Of a stretch of 64,000 bases of DNA, positions 40,278 through 54,082 are shown piece by piece. Made by a program: the position numbers and the translations under genes. A model generated the notes under the pieces. It worked only from the letters and a program-made list of their open reading frames with translations. It had not been told where the DNA came from and did not search any database. Origin of the DNA: Octopus vulgaris (lineage: Eukaryota); the NCBI GenBank assembly GCA_951406725.2, contig OX597829.1:10416001-10480000 (forward strand). The letters run 5' to 3'. Position 1 is the first letter of the stretch, and each line of letters starts with the position of its first letter.

Positions 40278-41044
40278 ATAGGAAAAGGAAAGATCCAGTG
40301 AAGGGAAGACGGAGGAAAAAAAATCGCCAATGGTACACACGCGGTCACATTTTAAATATGTATGTATATACATATATATATATATATATATATACATTCA
40401 TGTATATATGTATATATATATATATGCATTCTTTTATTCTTTTACTTTTTTACTTGTTTCAGTCATTTGACTGCAGCCATGCTGGAGCATCGCTTATTTA
40501 TTAATATAGCAAATGTAAAAAAGTAATTCACTTCACGTGTGTGTGGTGTGTGCTGTGAATGTGTATATGTATGTATGTTTGCACGTGACTTCATTATGTA
40601 AATTTGTTTGTATGGGTGCATATGTCTATGACTTTATGTCGTGTGTTTGGGTGCTTGTGTGCATGTGTATATTGTATGTGCGTGCGTGTACATTTGTGTG
40701 TGTGTGTGAATGTGATGTGATTCCTTGTCTTTCATTTACCCTGTGTCTCTATATCTATGGTAGTAGTGTGTTGCGTGTGTGTTGCGTGTGTGTGTGTGTG
40801 CGTGTGTGTATGTGAGTGTGTGTGTGCGTGTATCGTGTGTGTGCACGCGGTATGATCCACCTATCTCATTGTAACTGTTTGCCGTTGTTACTTCACTGCT
40901 CAGACTGGTGCTGAATATGGTGCTGTTGTTATTGTTGTTGTTGTGGTTGTTGTTGTTATTCTTGATTTTGCTATCGTTTGATGTGTGTGACTGTGTGACT
41001 ATTTCTTTTACTGTTTACCTTTTTTATAACTATCTTTTCTTGGC

Positions 41045-41087
<43 letters not shown>

Positions 41088-41115
41088 TATAAATATATGC
41101 ATGTATGTATGTATG

Positions 41116-41146
<31 letters not shown>

Positions 41147-41174
41147 GCATGTATGAATGTATCTATGTATTATG

Positions 41175-41280
<106 letters not shown>

Positions 41281-41639
41281 TGTATGTATGTATGTATGTA
41301 TGTGTCTGTATGTGTGTGTGTATGTGATATTTCTTTCTTAGAATGGAATTGGCAAATAAAAGTGTTTGCGATGTACAGCAGCAGGATAAAGAAAGGCAGG
41401 TTTGAGATAGCTTGTGTGTCGTTGTAAGAAATGTGGGAACTTGCCCTCGGGTGACCTTACTAAATTATAAAAGAACACTACCTTAAAAAAAATATTAATA
41501 ATATATATATAAATATATGTATAATAAAAACAAAAAGTAATAATAATAACAATAACAACAACAATAATATTACTGCTACTAATAATAACGATAATAATAA
41601 TAATATTAATAATAATAATAATAATAATAATAATGATGA

Positions 41640-41740
<101 letters not shown>

Positions 41741-41848
41741 TGTAAAATAAAATAAATAAGCAAGTGTTATTTATTTATCGCATTTAATGGTGGTGGTGGG
41801 TAGTGGCGACGGCGGCGGCGGCAACAGAGCAACAAAGTCAGCGGCACC

Positions 41849-41925
<77 letters not shown>

Positions 41926-42658
41926 CAGCAGCAGCAACAGCAACAGATGATGAGGTGGTGGTGGTGGTGGTGGTGGTGATTGTGTGTGGGGTCGGCCCTG
42001 GATTGCTTGGTGTTGCGGTCGTGTTGATGAAGGTAATAATAATGGCTGCGGTTGTGAAAAGAGGCGAAAGCGGTTTAAGTAGTGAAAAATCATCATTACA
42101 TGGCGTCGGTGTCAGTGGCAAGCAGCTCTGACGGCCTTTAAACGGTTCATCTTCCATTTATTATTGCTGTTGTTCTGTTATTGTTAATATTGAATGAATA
42201 AATTATGATAATGCATATTTATTTATTTATGTATTTAATTCGAACGAGTGAATAAATTTCTTAAACTGAAAATCACGTTATTGTTAACGAACTCCCGAGT
42301 TTTTATTATATGTCTTCCCACGTCCGGTTACGCGTGTGTATGTGCGTGTGTGTGTGTGCGTGTGTGCGTGTGTGCTTGTGTGAGTATGTGTGTGCGACAA
42401 CGTGTGTGTGTGAGTGTGTGCACGTGCGGGTGTGCGGGTGTGTGTATGCAAGTATGTGTGTGTGCGAGTACGTGTGTGCATGCGACAATGTGTGCGTGCG
42501 TTCGAGTACGTGTGTGTGTGCATGTGACTCTGAATGTTGCTTTTTCTGTGAGTGCAAAACTTTGGTCACGTTTTATGTATGCGCATAATTTATACATGTT
42601 TGTTGTTACGTGAGTTTATGTGCACATGCACGTACACTCACACATACACATACATACA

Positions 42659-42736
<78 letters not shown>

Positions 42737-42767
42737 GATATATATGCATATATATATATACATATAT

Positions 42768-42869
<102 letters not shown>

Positions 42870-43701
42870 TATATATGTATGGTGTATGGGTACTGGACAT
42901 ACCATCATGAAGTACGAAACCAACGAGTTATGCCGGGGCAGTGCATGTATGTATGTATATATGTATATATACACATATATCTATATGAGTATTTCGATAG
43001 GTGAATGAATTATCCTATGTTTACCGTCAACATGGAAAATTCGATGAACCGATACTAGGGTAGCAAATTCACGTCAGAAACACGGTTGAAGCAACCTGTC
43101 CAAGGGTAGAAACTCCGGGTTCATGTGCAGAAATTTGTGTGGTATATGTGAATAAATAAATAATTTATTCACATAGATCTATATGTATATACCTACATAT
43201 GTATATATGCACATATGTATCTATCAATCTATTTATCTCTCTACATGTGTGTATATGTGTGTGTGTATGTGTGTGTATATGTGTGTATGTGTGTCTGTAG
43301 TGTGGTGTGTGTGTGTGTACATGTGTATGCAAATATATACAAAAATAAAAACATATATGAAAATAACAGATACATATACATACATCTCACAAGGCACTCT
43401 TCGCCATAATTTAACTTCAACGCGTTTCTGAATAAGTTATAGATCATTAACTAAATTCATTAGACCCATGGCAGCAATGGCTTTGTGAATATAACGAGAC
43501 TGGACAGAGAATGTCAGTTTCAGCATACGAAAGTGATATGTTTTTATTACCTTAAATCCTCGCCATAATATTAAGTTTTGAGATGCAGAAGGACAAAAGT
43601 CTTATAAGCCGAGATGTATCACCAATATTCAGTCTGAATATTGGTGCTACGGATCTGTTCCATTGGGAGACATCGTCTCTAGCTGGGCAAACGACACGAT
43701 G

Positions 43702-43742
43702 TGTGTATCGCGATTTCTGGGTTATTTCTCTTCATCAGCGCA
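43702..43742 (-). ncRNA. Decayed type I hammerhead motif
   Basis: TGCG-CTGATGA-agagaaataaccca-GAAA-TCGCGA-TA-CACA; core and palindromic stem III intact, stems I and II eroded. Confidence 0.55.
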
Positions 43743-44199
43743 GAATGATTGTTCGGCTTGCGGTGGCGCTGCCAAATTCCGCGTTCGAAATATATAGTTT
43801 TTAAAGTCACTGATCTAGTAATCTTCCCAATCATGAGATGTTTTAAACCTTCAAAACTACTAAATTGGGTAAGATGCAATTTGTTTAAAAGAAATCGTAT
43901 GTATTCTGTAGCAATTTATGTAGATTATAGATACATTACTAAACAAGGACTTCCTTTCAGTAAAGTTAATAAGCAAAATTAATGGGAACTAGGACCAAGT
44001 TTAAACTAAAAATAGAACGTGGCAGAAAAATCTGAGATAGATCATGTCAGAACATGCAGAGACACATATGTGTGTGTGTGTTTGTGTGTGAGAGTGTTTG
44101 TGTGTTTGTTTGTGTGTGTGCGTGTGTTTGTTTGTGAGTGTGTGTGTGCGTGTGTGTTCGTATGTGCGTATATATAATATACACACTCACGCAGACGTA

Positions 44200-44490
44200 C
44201 CTCTGTGGTAAGATGTTTGCTTCATAACCACAAGATTCCGGGTTCTGTTTCATAGCGTAGAACCTCTGTGTGTGTGTATGTGAGTGAGTGGGTGTATGTG
44301 TATGTGTGTGAGTGTGTGTGCTTTGTGTTTGCCTCTGTCTTGTCCCCTGCCACAAAATCTGATAAAATAAGTACTAAGCTGTGAACAATATAAGTGCAGC
44401 AGTTGATTCAGTCGATTAAAATTCTTCAAGGTGGTATTCCAGCATGGCTGCAGTCTAATGACTGAAACAAGTAAAAGATAAAAGATATAC
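44200..44490 (+). mobile_element. tRNA-derived SINE, internally deleted
   Basis: Head CTGTGGTAAGATGTTTGCTT..CCGGGTTC and tail CCAGCATGGCTGCAGTCTAATGACTGAAACAAGTAAAAG. Confidence 0.7.
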
Positions 44491-44606
44491 ATACAGGTAT
44501 TATTGTATGTATATATATATATGCATAATACGTGTATATACATATATATATAATAAATAATATATAATTATAACATATATATATATATATTTGTACGTGT
44601 GTGTGT

Positions 44607-44667
<61 letters not shown>

Positions 44668-44964
44668 TATATACACATGCATACATATATGGGTACAGAA
44701 CGTCACCAACGATGCAAATAACATGAAATACTTAAACAAAGGAGTTAAATATGTAAACAACGAGAAAAAAGGGAAACGAGGACAAGTAAACCCAGAGAAA
44801 GGGCCCTTCATCAGTTGTCGGCTGTCTATCTACTCCTCGTCTCGAGCAGTCAACGACAACATGAGTCTTCAAAGACAGTTGCTCCCATAAATTTTAAAAT
44901 TAAATTTATAATTTATGGAGGGTCAAAGTTGGGAACAAAAACACGACAGTGGAGATACACACAC

Positions 44965-45300
44965 ACCTTGATCAACTTGACCGACCAGTCCGTCAGGCGT
45001 CCATTTGACACCCCTGGTCACAGCACGCTGTCCACTCCTCTCTGGATCGCGCCCTTCTCATCCACGTGATCCCAATCGCCCTCTTAAAATCGTAACTCCA
45101 CCGTCGTGGAGGCCTTCTGAGTGGTCGTTTCCGCTCGCGCGTGTACCACTCAACAACTGCGCGGGTCCACCGATTACCGGTGAGCCGGGTGACGTGTCCA
45201 GCCCATCTAAACTTGCTGCGTGCATACTCTGCGATGACATTCCTCACGCCGGACTTCTCTCTGATGACCACGCTACTGATGTGCTCTCTCAACAAGATTC
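44965..45300 (-). mobile_element. RTE-clade LINE 3' fragment
   Basis: IREKSGV..KFRWAGHVTR...RWT..V.EW..R..KRP..RPPRRW...W...A..REEW. Confidence 0.8.
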
Positions 45301-45475
45301 CACACACATATGTAGTTTAGTTGAGTTGGAGGTTAAATTAACCGTCTAAGTGATAGAAGTATCCATTACAAATGTAAACATATGCTCATGCGCTATAAGG
45401 AAAGATAAGGTTAAGCATGGGTTTATTGGGAATGAAAATTTAAAGAAAACGCAATATATACACATACGAGCTACT

Positions 45476-45644
45476 AATAATTTCTGCCATTAGAGACACG
45501 TGTTTCTTGACAGTTTTTACAACACGTCTTGTGTCTCCAAGCAATCTCTAGGTTTGAGCACATTATTTGAAGATTGCATGGAGGTACAAGACGTGTTATG
45601 TAAACAACCTACCTATATCCGTGTCTCCAAAGCAAGAAACTATT
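45476..45644 (+). other. Long imperfect hairpin
   Basis: Inner 27-bp stem 45521-45547/45571-45597 with two G:U pairs; outer stems GAGACACG/CGTGTCTC and AATAATTTCT/AGAAACTATT. Confidence 0.7.
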
Positions 45645-45821
45645 TGCAGATCGCATTTTTACACTTTCTACATTAAACGGTATTCATAGATAACTGGATG
45701 GAATACTTCTTTTAGTTGAACTTATCATGACAGAACAGAAAACTATACACACATACATACACACATACATACATACATACATACATACATACATACATAC
45801 ATACATACATACATACATACA

Positions 45822-45852
<31 letters not shown>

Positions 45853-45854
<2 letters not shown>

Positions 45855-46250
45855 GGCTGTGTGCAAAGTAACTCGCTTACCAACCACATGGTTCCGGGTT
45901 CGGTCTCACTTTGAGCAAGTGTCTTCTACTATAGTCCCAGGCCGACCAAAAACTTGTGAGTAGATTTGGTTGAGGAAAATGAAAGAAGCCCGTTGTATAA
46001 GTGTGTGTGTGTATGTGTGTGTGTATGTGTGTGTGTTGTGTATTGTGTGTCTGTGTTTGTCCCACCCACTATCACTTGACAACCGATGGTAGTGTGTTTG
46101 CGTCCCCGTAACTTAGCGTTTCGGCAATAATGACTGATAGAATAAGTACTAGGCTTACTAAGGGTGAGTCCTGGGGTCGATTTGTTTGCCTAAAGGCGTT
46201 ACTCCAGCATGGCCGCTGTCAAATGACTAAAACAAGTAAAAGAGTAAAAC
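45853..46250 (+). mobile_element. tRNA-derived SINE, near full length
   Basis: Same head, body and tail as 26620-27028 in opposite orientation. Confidence 0.82.
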
Positions 46251-46258
46251 GATTATAC

Positions 46259-46299
<41 letters not shown>

Positions 46300-46553
46300 T
46301 AATCCAAACGGAAAACAAAAAAACAACAACAGTGGAACAATTACAGTATTATTATTAATAGGCGCTCAGGAAATATATATATACATACATACATATCTAC
46401 GCACACAGTTCTCATTTGTTTGTGTTTGTGTTTGCGTGTCTGTGAGTACGGGTGCGTGCGGGTATGTGAACGCGTTTGTGTGCGAATGTAAATATGTAAG
46501 CATCGGTTTGTAAGTTTATTCGCTATTTGCCCTTCATTTTCTGCCCTTCTTTC

Positions 46554-46670
<117 letters not shown>

Positions 46671-49600
46671 GTGTTCATTGTTGGATCGGCTCGTAAGTCA
46701 ATCGCCTTTTTTTTTATTGTTTTTTGAAAAAGTTTCGTTTAAATTTTTGCACACGTAGTGTGTAAGACACCCAGGTTTCGTCTGGGTGTGTTTTCCGGAG
46801 AGGATTTTGCCCCCAGGGGCAATTTCAGCCTTGATTATATATCAACATTTTTGCTTCCTCATAACGCATAGCCGCTGTTTTCTCTCTTTCTCTCTCTGTG
46901 TTGCATCCATTTGTTTACGTTTTACATTTTCGGAGTTTTCAACTTTTCAAACGCCCAACTTTCGTTTGGGTGTTTTTTAAATGTAGAATTCGCCCCTAGG
47001 GGCATTTTCATCAATTGATTTTTTATTTCTCGATAAAAAAATGTCGAGAAATTTTATCGTAGAACAGTATTCTGCGATTTTTTCTAAGGAGGATTTTCAT
47101 GCTTTGGAAAAGACAGTCAACAAAGACGCTGCTACAAAGAAGGATAAGACTGTAATCAACACCACCACCACCAAAACCAAAACTATCACTGACACAACAA
47201 CCGTTAACAATAACAACAACAAGAATAACAACAACAAGAATGAAGTAAATATAAATGCCCATGATGTTTCACAAGATTTAATTATTTAATTATTCACATA
47301 TTGGTGAAGATATTATTAACATGAAAAAAGTACCAGTCCCTGAAAAAGCTACAAACACTACAACAACCAACAATAATTCTGATACAACAACAACAAAAAC
47401 ACACAACGACAACAACTGCCAGAAGAGAACTGTGAATTTCGCTAACACCCTGCGTCAAAAAAGAGTAATTGTACATTTCACAAATGAAGAGTTGGTGGAG
47501 ACAAGATTACTCTTCACAACTTCAGGACAAAATTTAATTCTACACACACCACAGCATGTGAAAGAAGATATGGGGAAGAGAACAATTTTATATAGAATTA
47601 TAAAAAAAATCCCAAAAAAAACAAAACAGAACAGGTAACAAAAGCAGACATTGAAAAATGAGCCAAGTATATTATGAATATAAAACAATGCATAAACTGG
47701 GGTCCCTAGTTTAATACAGTGGTGGTCCGCTTCCATAATCAGGAAGAGGCAAAAGCTCACTCTACGGAGACATTACAAAATGAAGAACTCATCATGGTCC
47801 CATATTACATGGGACAAAGAGTGAGTAAGATAACAATAAAAAATGTCCCGCCCAAAATCACACCCAAATGGATAACATCGGCGATATGTTATCATTTAAA
47901 ATCGATAAACATATTAGAAATCGCCGTGTTTAAAATTGATAATTGGAGTGGTAAATCGATAGAGGTGACCATTCAAATCGATGGGTCTTATAGCGAGAAC
48001 TTACCTAATATTATATATTTGGAAAATGGCCAAAGCCTGTATGTGGTAGCGAAGGGTAAAAAACCACGATGTTACAGCAGATCTTAATTGCGAAGTGCAT
48101 TCTAGGACAGAAAAAAAAGAAAGAACAAATCAGAAAACAAATAAAAAACCCTTGTTACCAACATCAACACACTCAATTATGGAACAATGCCAAGAAAAAC
48201 AACAAACCAGCAAAAAACCCCAACAACATCACCAAGAAAAGAAACAGCACCAACACAATCACCGTTGACGTCGCAACCAATTAAAGATACCGAACCAACA
48301 CCAAAAGACAGACCAACACCAGCACCAAGAACGACAACTAAGAAAACAGATAACAGTGATGAGTAGATAAATTCTACCCCTAACACCACAACAACACAAA
48401 CACCGCACAAAACATCAACAATTTCTACAAACATACATATTAACGCAAATGCTTTGCCATTATCCCCTTCTGATTCGTCGGACTCGTCGTCCAACGACGA
48501 AAGTTCGACGTAATGGCAAATAGCCACAGGGGGTAAAAGGAAAAGATAAAAAAAGCCCACCAAGCAAGTAAGTAAAGCAGGGAGATATTTAACTCCGGAC
48601 AGCATCCCCCTAGACAATAAAAAAATCAATGAACCCGCAAAACCACACACACAACTAACAGCAATAGACACAGACAATAAAAAACTAATGGATTACATTG
48701 CATCCAACACGAACATCTGTGAAGATGACTTTAAGACAAATAATCATCCGCGCATCACACCACCGAAACACGTAAGAATTGTACACATAACACAAACACA
48801 ACACCATACACTGAAAACAATATTTCCAAATGCGGTAGGGGGTTTTCAGAGATACCTCCCCAAAAAACTATACAAACATCTCCTCAAAGACACTACAAAA
48901 GGAGAAGAAAAAAATGAAACTTTCGAAACTTTCTTGCCTCTTGTCTCTTCCAATGTAGCGTGTGAAACACAAATTTCTTAAACGTCAATTATGCTTAAAT
49001 TAGGTTGTGTGAATGCGCGTGACTTGGCGTCGACTTTGAAGCAAGGTTACCTTCTAAACGACATCAAGTCACTGTACGTGGATATAGTAGCTATCAGTGA
49101 AACTAGACTCAGCAAGCCGCGGGCCCTCGCGTCCATGTTTGGCGATCAATTCGACATTTATTTTTCTCCCTGTCTACCGAACATGGGTGGTGGAGGTACC
49201 GCGGTGCTTTTTCGAAAGAGTCTAAATGTAAAAGTAAGAACAATATTCCTAGACCCGGAGGGTAGGCTGGTTGTCTTGGACGTGGATGGCAGAAATGAGT
49301 GTGCATTCGGTCTGATGGCAGTTTAACGGGTCGGGCGGATTTCTTCAGACGTCTAGAGGTCTTCCTGGGTACGTCTAGACCTTTACTGTTAGTAGGGGAT
49401 TGGAACGCTATCTTGGACACGCATCTAGACTATGTGGGAATGGATAAGAACAGAAGGGGGTGTAAGTGCCTCAAAACCTACTCAAACGTTTCCATTTGGC
49501 TGACAGGTTCCGACTCGACCATCCGAACGTGCCAACGTGAACTTGGACAAACCGCGCCGGATCGTCGAGATCTTATCTAGATAGAATTCTATGCAGGTCA

Positions 49601-52600
49601 GCGGATAGGGATAGTGTAGGATGTCCACAATTTAAAATAGTCAGCTACACAGATCACAAATTTGTGACGTGTACGCTCGACTTAGATAAGACACATAGAC
49701 AGGGTCCCGGTTACTGGAAACTGAACACGTCGCTCTTAGCGCGACAGGTTTACAGGAACCGGATTAGCGAGTTAATTAAGAGGGCGCTGACGGGAGCCGT
49801 CCTCAACAACCGCTGGTGGTTCGCCCTGAAAATGGCAATAAAATCGGAATCAATTAGGTTTAGCAAGGAATTAGTGATAGATCGAAATAGAGTAGAGGGA
49901 GACTTGGTTAAGAAACTAGAAGAGGCACTTACCACTGGCAGCGCATCCAACGTGCTGGCTGCGAGGATGGTTCGACCAACACCTCAACGTCAAACACGAA
50001 GGTTGCGTCGTCAGAGCAAAAATGCGTGCCTTAAGGAACGAAGGGATCGAAGCTGCGTGAGAGGCCCGGGTAGCAGAGGCGCAACGTGGCAACAGAGCCA
50101 CCATTCGGTCTCTAATAGATCAACAGGGATGCAGTTTACTCGAACCCGAAAGGATGTGTGAGGCCATAGAACGGCACTTTGCTCGACTGTGTGGTGCGAG
50201 TGGTGGGTCGGAACGCGGGATGGATTTCAGTGCCTACCTGACCGACCTGCCGCGACTCTCGGCAAGAGAAGCGGAGTGTTGTGAAAGCCCCATCACAGCC
50301 GCTGACGTGCGGGATGCGATGGCGGGCTGCGCGAGGGATAAGTCGCCTGGATTGGATAGTTTACCATACGAGCTGTATTGTCAAATACCCGACTTGTTTG
50401 GCGACCTCTTGGCATCAGTCTACTGCAACTGGCAATAAAACGGGAGAATCCCCGGTTTCGTGAGCTGAGGTGCAGCGACGTTGCTAAAGAAAGACTCAAG
50501 CAAGGGGAATTTTATAGATAATTTCACGCCCATCACTCTGCTCAACGCAGATTTGAAAATTTTGGCCAAAGTAATACCCGAGAGGTTGGTGCATGTCATT
50601 GGTAAACTGGTCGACAGGGCGCAAACATGCGCCGTGCCGGCCAGAACCATACATGATAATCTCAATCTGATGCGCTACATTGTGGACATGGTAGTTAAGG
50701 ATCCTGGCATGGGTGGGGCGCTGATCAATTTGGATCAGTCTAAAGCCTTCGATAGGGTCGACCATCGGTACTTGGCGGCCGTCATCAGGGCGGCTGGTTT
50801 CGGTCCCGTCTTCCGCGGTTGGATCGCTGCCTTGTATAACGGCATCCGATCGGTGATTCGGATGAACGGTCACTTGTCGAAACCGTTTGACATTCACGCA
50901 TTCGCTCCGTCAGGGATGTCCCCTGTCGGCGCTTCTGTATGTATTGACTCTCGAGCCGCTACTGCGGAAGCTGGCGACACTAAGGGGATTCCCACGGACT
51001 ATGTCACTGTCATAATGTCAAGCGAAAAACACATCCAGATGATAGGCGAGACACTAAAAGAATACGAAACAGTGCGAAAATTAACCCGGAAAAGTAAGTG
51101 GGTTTGATACTCAGCACCTGGAGAAGCAAGCCCATACCATCCGACTGCGGCTCAGTAGTGGGACGCTGGACGGACGGACCGGTTAAATTGATCGGGGTCT
51201 GGTTCAGTCCGGACCTCCAAATGGATAAGAACTGGGACGAAATCACGAGTAGGGTGGTCGCTCTCAGCCAAACATGGGCCGAGAGAAAGCTGTCTCTAAA
51301 AGGTCGGGCGGAGGTGGCGAACGAGTACATCGCATCTGTCATCGATTACCGCCTGACCGTCGTACCTTGTCCCGACGCTACTATCACCAAACTGGAACGC
51401 ATACTCTTCCGCTTCCTGTGGAAGGGTGGCGTTCCGATGGTGAGGCGGTAAATTTGCTGTCAATATCCGTTAAATGGAGGAATGGGAATGCCGCGGTTGA
51501 TGATGCGCAGGCATGCGCTGAGACTGCGACATCTCTGGAACTTCATCGATGACGGTGAACAGGTGTGGGCGCCGTTTGTGAGGCGGGCCTTCCCGCAGCT
51601 TGTCTCACTGACCGAACTGCAAACGTGGATCAAGAAGAGACCGAAACTGGGCGATTGACACCGAGAGTGTCACCAAGCTCTACAGCAGCTCTGCCGACCG
51701 GGGTCAAACTTGTGCAACTTGCAAACGACTAAAGCGTTCTATAGAGGACTAGTGGAGGAGAGGTCCGACGACACACTCGGGGCAAACCTGGGCGTTGACG
51801 AGAAATTCCTAACCCGCCTGTTTAGGACGACGTTCGGGCCGGGGCCTATGGATAACTTTCAGAGATCCCTGGTTTGGCGTTGCTATCGAGACGCACTACC
51901 TGTTCGAGAGAAGAGCTACAGGCACGGTTCGAAAACCACCACCGGACCGACCTGCCCGAGATACTGTCAGAACGACGAAACCGTTCTGCACGCACTCGTG
52001 CAGTGTCCAGATATTTCAGAGCTGTGGACCTTCGTCGAACAGCTGTTGTCGCGTGTAGGACGGGCCCGCTTATCGGCCAAGTCTATCGTGAATATTGTTC
52101 CACCACCTTCCTTTAAACGAGAAGGGAAAACGGTTTTCGTTACGCTGATGGCTATGGCGAAAGAACGTGTGTGGTGGACGCGTTTGAAAGGACTGCAAAC
52201 AAACACCTTCCTCTCTGGTCTGTCTCTCGTCAACTTTTTCAAGTACCACTTGAAAAGGAGGATGAGAATAGAGAGGAAGTCTTTGTCGAACGAATGTTTT
52301 AATAAAAAGTGGGTAAAAGTGGCAAAAATGGTCAGTATGAAAGACGACACTATTTTAAGCGTAAATCTGTAACCAAAAGAGACAACGGGATGTAAGGTAA
52401 CTTACTCTTGTGTACATTTCGAACTGTCTAAGGTGACCTTGGTCTTTTTTGTAGGTTTTTCTTTCCAAGGCTACACCTAAACTGTGAACTTTATATATAT
52501 TGCTTTTTATACACCACATAACCCACAGATCCCTATTGATCGAACGTTTTTTCTTTGTGTGTCCCACCCATCTCACCTCGAAAAGAAAAATCTCTACATT

Positions 52601-52653
52601 GTATTTCGTCCATTTTTCTGTGTTTAGCCCTGTGTGGCCACAATAAAAAGTTA
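46671..52653 (+). mobile_element. Apparently full-length Tx1-type retrotransposon (copy C), many lesions
   Basis: ORF1 remnants 47041-48981 (MSRNFIVE.., ITIKNVPP), ORF2 remnants 48991-52372 colinear with copy A, 3' AATAAAAAGTT. Confidence 0.92.
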
Positions 52654-52665
52654 TCTATATATCTC

Positions 52666-53190
52666 ACAGCAGCCATATTCCTACCACTCTATGTCACGCT
52701 GGTGAGACCCATATTGGAGTATGGGATTCAAGCCTCTTCTCCTTATCTCCTCAAAGACATACAGCATCTCGAAAGAGTCCAGAAGCTGGCTACCCGCATG
52801 GTTCATGGTCTCAAAAATTTGTCCTACGAAGAAAGGCTGAGGACGCTCGACCTTTATTCTCTTGAAAAACGCCGCCGCCGTGGTGATCTCATTCTCGCCC
52901 AAAACATCATAAGCGGAAAGTGTAACCTCTCGAAAGAGCTGTTCTTCACTCCTGCTCCAGAGCGTCGGCTGCGGGGTCATTCCGAAAAGCTCTACCTGCG
53001 ACGATTTCATCTCAATCGAAGGAGAGGAGCTTTCTCCGTCCGGGTTGCGGATCCGTGGAACAAGCTGCCAGACGAGATGGTGAAGATGCCTGAACTCTTT
53101 ACATGAACACCACCCTGTACTTAACTCCATGTCCCCCTACATGGCCTTGCTATTTGCTTTTGAGCCAAATTAACTAACTAACTAACTAAC
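52666..53190 (+). mobile_element. CR1-group LINE 3' fragment with (TAAC)n tail
   Basis: LYVTLVRPILEYG..SPYL.KDI..LERVQK.ATRMV.GL..LSYEERL..L.LYSLE.RR.RGDLI..LRGH..F..RV...WN.LP; tail TAACTAACTAAC. Confidence 0.88.
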
Positions 53191-53191
53191 A

Positions 53192-53500
<309 letters not shown>

Positions 53501-54025
53501 TTGACTATATCTGTCTGTCTAACATTCAGTCTGTCTCCCTAAATTTCTCTTCCTTACTTTTCTCTTGTCTTTTCACGTTTGAAGCTGAGATTAAGGATGG
53601 AACAATATATATTATGGACATAAATGGCCGTAGATTGTCCTTTCAAAGAACAGAGCAGAAAATAAAGTGATGGGAACTATGTAGGAAAGGAAAACAGCCA
53701 GTGAGAGAGAGAGAGAGAGTTATAGGGTGGAAAGGAGAAAGGGTAGGGCTGAGAGAGGAATGATGAATGTGAGAAAGAGTGATGTGACGGGGGTGAAGAA
53801 ACAACAAGAAAAATGTGGTGCTACGGAGTGTTGATGGGGGCAATGAATGGCGTTGGGGCTGAGGGATGAAAGAATTGAATGGTGTGGAATGGGTTGGAAT
53901 GGAGTGGAAGTAAGGGGTAGCGTCAGTGAAGGAAGAGAGAGAGGCAGAGAGAGAGAGAGAAAGTGACAAAAAGATAGACAGACAGATACAGAGATACATT
54001 AATAGAGAGACAGACCGACAGATAA

Positions 54026-54082
<57 letters not shown>

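Noticed and set aside
44780-44826. GACAA-CTGATGA...TTGTC on the minus strand (relative at ~6530)
   Set aside because: No GAAA or stem III, so not a complete hammerhead.
52555-53106. 183-aa ORF as a novel fusion gene
   Set aside because: Chance read-through from the Tx1 3'UTR into a CR1 fragment, with a non-ATG start.
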